NCBI GenBank assembly: GCA_026393475.1
Contig: JAPLAA010000061.1
Coordinates: forward strand, 21,927 to 85,926
Origin: Actinomycetota bacterium
GTDB lineage: Bacteria > Actinomycetota > Acidimicrobiia > Acidimicrobiales > Ilumatobacteraceae
Direction: 5' to 3'
Length of the DNA: 64,000 nucleotides
Part shown: positions 53,438-60,911 of the stretch, piece by piece
Layout of the letters: every line of letters starts with the position of its first letter
Position numbering within the stretch: the stretch's first letter is position 1
The notes under the pieces: model-generated
What the model saw: the letters and a program-made list of their open reading frames with translations, nothing else
Told to the model about the DNA's origin: nothing
The model's database searches: none
Program-made: the position numbers and the translations under genes

Positions 53438-54468
53438 CGAGTGGTGCCGCCGGCCGACGGGTTGATCCGCCCGGCGTCGCGCCGGACCGCAGCCAGGCCG
53501 CCCAGGATCTCCATCACGCATCGGTGCGCCACGTTGACGGTGCAGTCGGCGTGGTCGTACGCGGGCGCGACCTCCATGATGTCGAAGCCGACCAGCGGCG
53601 TCTCCATCGCCAGGCGACGCAGCGCCCGCAGCAGGTCGGCCGACGTGAGGCCACCCGGTTCCGGCGTGCCGGTCCCCGGGGCGAACGCCGGGTCGAGGCA
53701 GTCGATGTCGACGCTGACGTACAGGTGGTCGACCCCGTCCATCGCCTCGGCGATCGCGTCCGTGAGCACTGCGTCGAGGCCGCGGCGGTGCACCTCGTCC
53801 ATCAGGTGCCAGCGCATGCCCTGCTCGGCCATCCAGTCCCAGACGTCCTGGCCCGGCCAGTAGCCGCGGAGGCCGATCTGGACGAAGTTCTTGCCGGGGA
53901 TCGCACCGCTCTCGATGAGGCGTCGCATCGGTGTGCCATGGCTCGCCAGGTTCCCGTCGATCGTGTCGGCGGTGTCGGCGTGGGCGTCGAAGTGGACCAT
54001 GCCGACGGTGCCGAAGCCGTGGTGGTCGGCGACCGCGGTGGCGGCCGGCCAGGTGACGGTGTGGTCGCCGCCGATCACGACGGGGATGATGCCGAGCGAC
54101 GCCACCGAGGCCACCTTGGCCTTGATGTTGTCGAGGCTCTCCTGCACCATCCCGCTCGGGCAGTAGGCATCGCCGATGTCGACGACCTCCAACCAGTCGA
54201 AGATCTCGAGACCGAGATCGAGGTGGAACGTGCCCGGCTCGTAGGCGTCGGTGCGCAGCGCCCGCGGGCCGAACCGGGCACCGGGGCGGTTGGTGGTCCC
54301 GAGATCGAACGGGGCGCCGAGCACGGCCACGTCGGCCTGCCAGTCGGCCAGCTGCTGCAGCTCGGTGACCAGCGGCCGCTGGGCGAACGTGAGCACGCTA
54401 CCGAAGACGTACCCGAGGTCGAGCTGCTCGCGCAGCCCGGGTTCCACATGACGGCGAGGAGTGGTCAT
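53434..54468 (-). CDS. ureohydrolase family enzyme (agmatinase / guanidino-acid hydrolase)
   Basis: GGDHTVTWP, FDAHADT and SVDIDCLDPAFAPGTGTPEPGG manganese-ligand motifs. Confidence 0.9.
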   Translation of the reverse strand: MTTPRRHVEPGLREQLDLGYVFGSVLTFAQRPLVTELQQLADWQADVAVLGAPFDLGTTNRPGARFGPRALRTDAYEPGTFHLDLGLEIFDWLEVVDIGDAYCPSGMVQESLDNIKAKVASVASLGIIPVVIGGDHTVTWPAATAVADHHGFGTVGMVHFDAHADTADTIDGNLASHGTPMRRLIESGAIPGKNFVQIGLRGYWPGQDVWDWMAEQGMRWHLMDEVHRRGLDAVLTDAIAEAMDGVDHLYVSVDIDCLDPAFAPGTGTPEPGGLTSADLLRALRRLAMETPLVGFDIMEVAPAYDHADCTVNVAHRCVMEILGGLAAVRRDAGRINPSAGGTTR

Positions 54469-54508
54469 GGCGCCGACGGTAGCCCGCCGACCGGCAGCCG
54501 GGCGCGGC

Positions 54509-54560
54509 GCGTTCAGTCGTCGCGTTCAGTCGTCGCGTTCAGTCGTCGCGTTCAGTCGTC
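54509..54560 (-). repeat. 13-bp x4 perfect tandem repeat containing the PPK2 stop codon
   Basis: gcgttcagtcgtc x4. On the coding (minus) strand the GACGACTGAACGC units give TGA at 54554, 54541, 54528 and 54515, covering all three frames. Confidence 0.95.
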
Positions 54561-55334
54561 GCGGTCGTCGAGGTCGCTGTATGCGGGGACCTCCATGCCG
54601 AAGCGACGCATGCCCTCCTCGATGCGACGGTTGAGCGTCTCGAGCACGGCGATGCGGCCGTAGCGCTTCTGCTCGGCAGGGATGACCTCCCACGGCGACG
54701 ACTTGTGCGAGGTCTTCGCGAACATGTCCTCGGCCGCGGCGTCGTACAGCCGGTTCTTGTCGCGGTTGCGCCAGTCCTCGTCGGTGAGCTTCCAGCGCTT
54801 GAGCGGATCGGCAGCGCGGGCGTTGAACCGGTTCAACTGCTCGTCGTCGGAGATGTGCATCCAGAACTTCACGACGATGATCCCCTCGTCGACGAGCGAC
54901 TGCTCGAAGTCGACGATGCCCTTGTACGCACGGCTCCACTCGTCCGTCGTGGCATAGCCCTCGATGCGCTCGACGAGCACCCGGCCGTACCAGCTGCGGT
55001 CGAACACTGCCATGCCACCGTGTCCGGGGAGCTCGCGGTAGAAGCGCCAGAGGAAGTGGTGCCGCTTCTCGCGCGGCGTGGGCGCGGCGTAGTTGACCAC
55101 GGTGTAGTGGCGCGGGTCGAGGTGGTTGACGATCACCTTGATCGCGCCACCCTTACCGGCGGCGTCAGGACCTTCGAACAGCACGAGCAGGCCGGGCCCG
55201 ACCCCGTGGTCGCCGAGCTCGCCACCGAGGTGCAGGCGGAGCTGCAGCAACCGCCGCTGTTCTTCGCCGAGGCGCTTCTCGTACTGCTCACGGTCGAGTC
55301 GCAGTGTGAGGTCGAGCTTGTCGAGGATCGTCAT
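54552..55334 (-). CDS. ppk2: polyphosphate kinase 2 (single-domain PPK2)
   Basis: FEGPDAAGKGG Walker A, FDRSWYGRVLVERIEG and PPK2 lid region. Its start lies 1 nt after the glnS stop. Confidence 0.9.
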   Translation of the reverse strand: MTILDKLDLTLRLDREQYEKRLGEEQRRLLQLRLHLGGELGDHGVGPGLLVLFEGPDAAGKGGAIKVIVNHLDPRHYTVVNYAAPTPREKRHHFLWRFYRELPGHGGMAVFDRSWYGRVLVERIEGYATTDEWSRAYKGIVDFEQSLVDEGIIVVKFWMHISDDEQLNRFNARAADPLKRWKLTDEDWRNRDKNRLYDAAAEDMFAKTSHKSSPWEVIPAEQKRYGRIAVLETLNRRIEEGMRRFGMEVPAYSDLDDRDD

Positions 55335-55335
55335 G

Positions 55336-57033
55336 TCAGCTCCGCTTCTGGATGTTGGCCCACTCGTCGCGCAGTCCCACCGTGCGGTGGAACAGCAGCT
55401 GCTCGCGAGGGTCGCGGGCGAAGTAGCCGAGCCGCTCGAACTGCACGACCTGTCCCGGCGCGGCGTCGCCGAGCGCCGCCTCCACCTTGCAGTGCTCGAG
55501 CAGCTCGCGCGACGCAGGGTTGAGGTCGTCGAACGGCTCGCCCGTGGCGTCGCCGGGGACCTCCGCGGTGAACAGCCGCTCGTACAGGGCGACGGTGGCG
55601 TCGAGCGAGTGAGCGGCTGACACCCAGTGCATGGTCGACTTCACCTTGCGGCCGTCGGGTGCGTTGCCGCCACGGGTCTCGGGGTCGTAGGTGCACTGCA
55701 CCTCGACGACGTTGCCGTCGGCGTCGGTGGAGAAGCCCGTGCAGGTGACGAAGTACGCGCCGCGGAGGCGCACCTCGCGGCCGGGCGTGAGCCGGAAGTA
55801 CTTCGGCGGCGCGTCGACCATGAAGTCCTCCTGCTCGATCCACAGCTCGCCGCTCATCGCGACCTCGCGCACGCCGTCGTCGGCGTTCTCCGGGTTGTTC
55901 GGGATGGTGACGTGTTCGACCTGACCCTCGGGCCAGTTGGTGATGACCAGCTTGAGCGGACGAAGGACGGCCATCCGACGCAGCGCGGTGCGGTTGAGTT
56001 CGTTGCGCACGAAGCTCTCGAGCAGCTCGATCTGGTGACGACTGTTGGTCTTGCCGACGCCGATGAAGGTGCAGAAGTCCTTGATCGCGGCCGAGGGGTA
56101 CCCGCGGCGGCGAAGCGCGCGGATGGTGGGCAGCCGCGGGTCGTCCCAACCGTCGACCACACCGTCGGCGACGAGCTTGGCGAGTCGACGCTTCGACGTG
56201 ACGGTGTGGGTGAGCTCGAGCCGGGCGAACTCGATCTGGCGCGGCTGGTCGAACGGCAACGGAAGGTGCTCGAGGTACCAGTCGTAGAGCGGTCGGTGGC
56301 TGTCGAACTCGAGCGAGCAGAGCGAATGGGTGACTCCCTCGATCGCGTCGCTCTGGCCGTGCGCCCAGTCGTAGGTGGGGTAGACGACCCAGGCGTCGTG
56401 GGTGCGGTGGTGATGGCCCCGCCGGATGCGGTACATGACGGGGTCGCGGAGCTGCATGTTCTCGTGCTGCATGTCGGCCTTGGCGCGCAATACCCGTGCG
56501 CCGTCGTCGAACTCTCCGGCGCGCATGCGGCGGAAGAGGTCGAGGTTCTCCTCGACCGTGCGGTCACGGAACGGGCTCTCGACGCCGGGCTTGCCGTATC
56601 CGCCACGCTGGGCCGAGATCGTCTCGCTGTCCTGGTCGTCGACGTAGGCGAGGCCCTTGGTGATCAGCAGCTCGGCCCACTCGTAGATCTGTTGGAAGTA
56701 GTCGCTCGCGTAGAGGACCGTGGGCACCGTGTAGCCGATCCAGGCCAGGTCGTCGACGATCGCGTCGACGTACTCGGTGTCCTCGGTGTCGGGGTTGGTG
56801 TCGTCGAAACGGAGGTTGCACACCCCGCCGAACTCCTCGGCGATGCCGAAGTCGACGTGGATGGCCTTGGCGTGGCCGATGTGCAGATAGCCGTTCGGCT
56901 CGGGTGGGAACCGGGTCTGCACCCGTCCGCCGAACGTGCCCTGCTCGTTGTCGGCGCGCACGAGGTCGCGGACGAAGTTGGCGGCGCTGGGCGGCGTCGG
57001 GGCGTCGGAGGCCGTGGAACCCGGGGATGTCAT
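55336..57033 (-). CDS. glnS: glutaminyl-tRNA synthetase
   Basis: NFVRDLV...TRFPPEPNGYLHIGHAKA (HIGH) and LTHTVTSKRRL (KMSKS-equivalent), close to the E. coli GlnRS pattern. ATG at 57033; the longer ORF extension is Arg-rich. Confidence 0.92.
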   Translation of the reverse strand: MTSPGSTASDAPTPPSAANFVRDLVRADNEQGTFGGRVQTRFPPEPNGYLHIGHAKAIHVDFGIAEEFGGVCNLRFDDTNPDTEDTEYVDAIVDDLAWIGYTVPTVLYASDYFQQIYEWAELLITKGLAYVDDQDSETISAQRGGYGKPGVESPFRDRTVEENLDLFRRMRAGEFDDGARVLRAKADMQHENMQLRDPVMYRIRRGHHHRTHDAWVVYPTYDWAHGQSDAIEGVTHSLCSLEFDSHRPLYDWYLEHLPLPFDQPRQIEFARLELTHTVTSKRRLAKLVADGVVDGWDDPRLPTIRALRRRGYPSAAIKDFCTFIGVGKTNSRHQIELLESFVRNELNRTALRRMAVLRPLKLVITNWPEGQVEHVTIPNNPENADDGVREVAMSGELWIEQEDFMVDAPPKYFRLTPGREVRLRGAYFVTCTGFSTDADGNVVEVQCTYDPETRGGNAPDGRKVKSTMHWVSAAHSLDATVALYERLFTAEVPGDATGEPFDDLNPASRELLEHCKVEAALGDAAPGQVVQFERLGYFARDPREQLLFHRTVGLRDEWANIQKRS

Positions 57034-59104
57034 GCGACGTGACGCTACCAAGCCGCTCCCCGAGCCAGGAAGGTCGTTGCTGAGCTGGACCGAGCTCAGC
57101 GGACCCGTGCGCCGCAGCACCCCGGTCGGCACGGTCACCCCGGTGACGACGGTGCATCGTGACGGACCCACCGAGGCGGCGACCCACGATGCTCCGGCGC
57201 GGGTCGACGACGCGTTGCGCGACCACCTCGTGTCGTTCCTCCACAACAGCCGGTACCTGGCGCCCGCCGGCAACGCGGCCGCAGCGGTGGTCTTCGTCCT
57301 CGTCGCGGGCGATCACGTCGACCCCGCGGTGAAGGCCTGGTGGTTCGCCTGCGTCATGGCCGTCGCGGTGATGCTGTGGGCCCTGTTGCAGCGGCCGGAG
57401 TTGCTGCTGCAGCACGCCCAGCCGAAGGTGTCGTGGGCGGCGACCGGAGCGCACGCCAGCAGCGGACTGGTGTGGGGGCTGCTCCCCTGGCTCGACCTGT
57501 CGGGCGATGGCGAGTACGGGTGGATCGCCCTCTGCTTCATGTTCGCGCTCAGCGCCGGCGCAATGACAGGGATGACGGGCATCACGCCGCTCACGGCCGG
57601 TGTGCTCACACCGATGTGGCTGCTCGGCAGCGTCGCGTTCTTCCTGATGGGCGACCAGGTGGTGGCGATCGCGTGCCTCGTGTTCCTCGGGTTGGTGGTC
57701 AACGACACGCGCACGACCGGCAAGCTGCTGGTGGAACTGGTCCGGTTGCGGATCACGAGCGCCACGGCCGCGAGCAGGGCCGAGTGGGAGGCGAACCACG
57801 ATCCGCTCACCGCGTTGCCCAACCGGCTCGGCCTGCAGGATCTCGCCGAGCGCCGGGCCCACGACGGCAGCGGCCACGTGACCGCGATGTTCATCGACCT
57901 CGACCACTTCAAGGAGGTGAACGACCGCTTCGGCCACCCGATCGGCGACGCCCTGCTGGTGCTGGTCGGCACCCGAGTGCGAGGTGAGGTGCGCCACGAC
58001 GACGTGGTCGGACGCCTCGGCGGCGACGAGTTCCTCGTGTTGATGTTCCGCGAGGTGAGCGACGACGAGGCGACCTCGCTCGCGCAGCGCCTCATCCGGG
58101 TGCTGGAGGAGCCGTTCCGCATCGACGGCGACGAGGTGTACGTGTCGGCGAGCATCGGTGTGACCCGGTGCGCCGACCGCGGCGCCGACGTCGCCCGCCT
58201 GGTGCAGGAGTCCGACAAGGCCCTCTACGAGGCGAAGCGCAATGGTCGCCGTCAGGCGGTGCTGTTCGACGCCGACCTGCGAGCCCAACTCACCGAGCGC
58301 AGCGGCCTCGAGATGGCGCTGCGGCGCGCGGTGCGTTCCGACGAGATCGAGGCCTGGGGACAGCCGGTGTACGACCTGGCCACGGGCGAGGTGGCCTGGG
58401 TGGAACTGCTCGCCCGCTGGGAGGCCACCCCCGGCAGCTTCGTGCCCCCGTCGCTGTTCGTGCCCCTCGCCGAGGAGATCGGTGTGATCGACGACCTCGG
58501 TCGGCGGATGCTCCGCCACGCCACCGACGCACTGGCCCGGTGGGAGGCGCACCCGGTGCTGCGCACCTCGGCCGTCGGGGTGAACGTGTCGGCGTTGCAC
58601 ATCATGCGCGACAACCTCGTGGAGGACGTCAGCACGTTGGTGGCCTGTCACGGCCTGCAGGCACACCGACTGATCGTCGAGCTGACCGAGAGCCACCGAC
58701 TCACCGACGTCGAACGGGTCGCGTCGACGTTCGAGCAGCTCGCCTCGCTGGGCGTGCGGCTCGCGGTCGACGACTTCGGCACCGGCTACTCCTCGCTCGG
58801 GCAGCTCCTCGCCCTCCCGGTGTCGATCGTGAAGATCGACCGGTCGCTCACGTCGGGCTGCGAGCGCGACGAGCATCGCGCCGGCGTGGTGCGGGCCATC
58901 CGTCAACTGGCGGCCTCGCTCGGTCACGTCGTGGTCGCCGAGGGCGTCGAGACGGCGGGCGAGCGCGCCGCGGTGGCGGCGATCGGCCTCGATCAGGCGC
59001 AGGGCTACCTCTTCTGTCCGCCACTGCCGTTGCTGCAGTTGGAACAGGAACTGCACCCGGTGCTTCGTCCGGGACCTGCCGACTCGGTAGCCTGGCGAGG
59101 ATGA
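57032..59104 (+). CDS. membrane-bound GGDEF-EAL protein (diguanylate cyclase/phosphodiesterase)
   Basis: Hydrophobic N-terminal sensor region with several TM segments, RLGGDEFLVL and an EAL domain with an ELL variant (VELLARW...ELTES...DDFGTGYSSL...KIDRS). Start uncertain: ATG 57032 or GTG 57143/57152. Confidence 0.87.
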   Translation: MRRDATKPLPEPGRSLLSWTELSGPVRRSTPVGTVTPVTTVHRDGPTEAATHDAPARVDDALRDHLVSFLHNSRYLAPAGNAAAAVVFVLVAGDHVDPAVKAWWFACVMAVAVMLWALLQRPELLLQHAQPKVSWAATGAHASSGLVWGLLPWLDLSGDGEYGWIALCFMFALSAGAMTGMTGITPLTAGVLTPMWLLGSVAFFLMGDQVVAIACLVFLGLVVNDTRTTGKLLVELVRLRITSATAASRAEWEANHDPLTALPNRLGLQDLAERRAHDGSGHVTAMFIDLDHFKEVNDRFGHPIGDALLVLVGTRVRGEVRHDDVVGRLGGDEFLVLMFREVSDDEATSLAQRLIRVLEEPFRIDGDEVYVSASIGVTRCADRGADVARLVQESDKALYEAKRNGRRQAVLFDADLRAQLTERSGLEMALRRAVRSDEIEAWGQPVYDLATGEVAWVELLARWEATPGSFVPPSLFVPLAEEIGVIDDLGRRMLRHATDALARWEAHPVLRTSAVGVNVSALHIMRDNLVEDVSTLVACHGLQAHRLIVELTESHRLTDVERVASTFEQLASLGVRLAVDDFGTGYSSLGQLLALPVSIVKIDRSLTSGCERDEHRAGVVRAIRQLAASLGHVVVAEGVETAGERAAVAAIGLDQAQGYLFCPPLPLLQLEQELHPVLRPGPADSVAWRG

Positions 59105-59928
59105 GTGTCAGAGCCAGGGAGAGTGCTCGAACGACGCTCGATTGGAAGTGCTACGGCCTCACGACGGCCGATCGCCCAGCGCGGCAGGCGCACGTACGTG
59201 CGGAGCTGGAGCGAACCGCCCTTCCCTTCGATGTCCTCGTGTCGGAACGTCCGCCGGATGCCGGTGGCTTCGCCAGCATGGGATTCCGCGGCTGCTTCGA
59301 GAGCCACCTGCGCGCCTTGCGCACGGCGCGCGACGAAGGGGCCGACGTGGCGGTGCTCGTCGAGGACGACGCCGTCGTCGTCAGCCGCTTCCTCGAGATG
59401 CTGCCCGAGATCCAACGCGAACTCGACGGCGTCGAGTGGTCGGTGCTGCTGCTCGGGTATCTCGGCGACCAGTCGCCGGCCCGCCACTTCCGCCTCGAGC
59501 AGATCAGCCCGCACCTCGCGCGGGCCGACCACTGGGAGTTCACGGGGTCGCACTTCGTCGCGGTCAACGGTGCCGCGCTCGACGCGCTGATCGACGACTT
59601 CGAGCGGCGCCAGCTGCCCGGCGGCCACCGCATCTCGGTCGACGGGGTGTTGAACGAGTTCCGCCACGCGTCGGGTCATCCCACGCTGGTGTGCGTGCCC
59701 AACCTGGCGCGCCAGGGTCCGTCGCCGAGCGGCATCACCGCTCAGGCCGGGCCGCGTGCGAGGCTGCTGCGTCACGGCGTGGTGCAGCAGGTGCTGCTCA
59801 CCGTCAAGCGCTCGCTGTGGGATCTCGCGGCGATGCTGCCGACCTCGTGGTCGGTGCGTTGTTGGAACCTGCGGGCCCGGCTCACGGCCCGGTCGCGGCA
59901 CCAGTACACGGCAGAGTCCACCGCCTGA
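59101..59928 (+). CDS. glycosyltransferase family 25-like protein
   Basis: GFRGCFESHLRAL...VAVLVEDDAVV resembles the GT25 (LgtB/Lic2B-type) GCxxSH...EDD pattern. The ATG overlaps the GGDEF-EAL stop (ATGA). Confidence 0.6.
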   Translation: MSVRARESARTTLDWKCYGLTTADRPARQAHVRAELERTALPFDVLVSERPPDAGGFASMGFRGCFESHLRALRTARDEGADVAVLVEDDAVVVSRFLEMLPEIQRELDGVEWSVLLLGYLGDQSPARHFRLEQISPHLARADHWEFTGSHFVAVNGAALDALIDDFERRQLPGGHRISVDGVLNEFRHASGHPTLVCVPNLARQGPSPSGITAQAGPRARLLRHGVVQQVLLTVKRSLWDLAAMLPTSWSVRCWNLRARLTARSRHQYTAESTA

Positions 59929-60875
59929 TGACGTCGCGCGAGGTCCACGTCGTCGTCGCGTCCGACGACATCTTCTCGATGCCCCTCACGGCTGCGGCAC
60001 GCTCCGCGGTGTTGCGTTCGGCCGACCCGTCGATGGTGCGCGTGACGGTCATCGACTGCGGCATCTCGGCCCGCAACCGCGATCGCATCAGCCGCTCGCT
60101 CACCGTCGACGGCGCCCGCGTGCGGATCGTGCCGTTCACGCATCACGTGCCCGACAGCGCCCTCCAGGGTGGCGTCATCCCATCGGTGGCCACCTTCGCC
60201 CGACTCTTCACCGCGGACTACGTGCCCGGGGCCGACCGGGCGGTCTACCTCGACTCCGACACGATCGCGCTCACCGATGTCGCCGCGCTCGTCGACCTGC
60301 TCGAGCCCGGCATGCTCGTGGCCGGTGTGGTCGACGGCCAGGGCGACGGGCAGGTGCGAAACATCGAGCGCCTCGTGCCGTTGCTGCCGTCGACGCCGGG
60401 CGCGATCGACAGCCCGTACATCAACGCCGGCGTGCTGGTGATGGATCTCGCCGCGTGGCGCAGCGAGCGCATCACCGAGCGGTTCGGCGAGTTGGTGGCC
60501 ACCACACCTCTGCGCTTCGCCGATCAGGACGCGATCAACGTGGTGTGTGCCGGCCGGGTGCAGACCCTGCCGACCGGTTGGAACACGCAGACGCACCTGT
60601 TGACGTCGACGACCCGTTCGGTGCTCGACGGCCCGGAGGTCGACGCGCGGATCGTGCACTACACGAGCCGTCCGAAGCCGTGGCACCTGCACGGCGACGT
60701 GGGGCTGGCCGAGCCGTGGTTCGACGCGGTCGACCACACCGTCTGGTCGGGCTGGCGACCCACCCAGCGTCGGCTGCTGGTTCCCAAGCTTCGTCGGGGG
60801 TGGCGCATGGTGCGCACCCGGCCCGGGCAGCTGCTCGCGAAGTACTGGCCCGGCGGCTCTCGCTCCGGCCACTGA
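59928..60875 (+). CDS. glycosyltransferase family 8 protein
   Basis: HVVVASDD..., YLDSDTIAL (DxD), YINAGVLVMDL and DQDAINVV. The ATG overlaps the GT25-like stop (TGATG). Confidence 0.83.
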   Translation: MTSREVHVVVASDDIFSMPLTAAARSAVLRSADPSMVRVTVIDCGISARNRDRISRSLTVDGARVRIVPFTHHVPDSALQGGVIPSVATFARLFTADYVPGADRAVYLDSDTIALTDVAALVDLLEPGMLVAGVVDGQGDGQVRNIERLVPLLPSTPGAIDSPYINAGVLVMDLAAWRSERITERFGELVATTPLRFADQDAINVVCAGRVQTLPTGWNTQTHLLTSTTRSVLDGPEVDARIVHYTSRPKPWHLHGDVGLAEPWFDAVDHTVWSGWRPTQRRLLVPKLRRGWRMVRTRPGQLLAKYWPGGSRSGH

Positions 60876-60911
60876 TCTCCGGCCACTCGTCTCCCGCCGG
60901 CTCAGGCCGGT

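Noticed and set aside
57031-57034. I considered true overlapping divergent start codons for glnS and the GGDEF-EAL gene at a single CATG.
   Set aside because: Divergent genes sharing start-codon nucleotides would leave no promoter or SD space. It is more likely that the GGDEF-EAL gene starts at a downstream GTG (57143/57152). I kept 57032 as the outer bound only.
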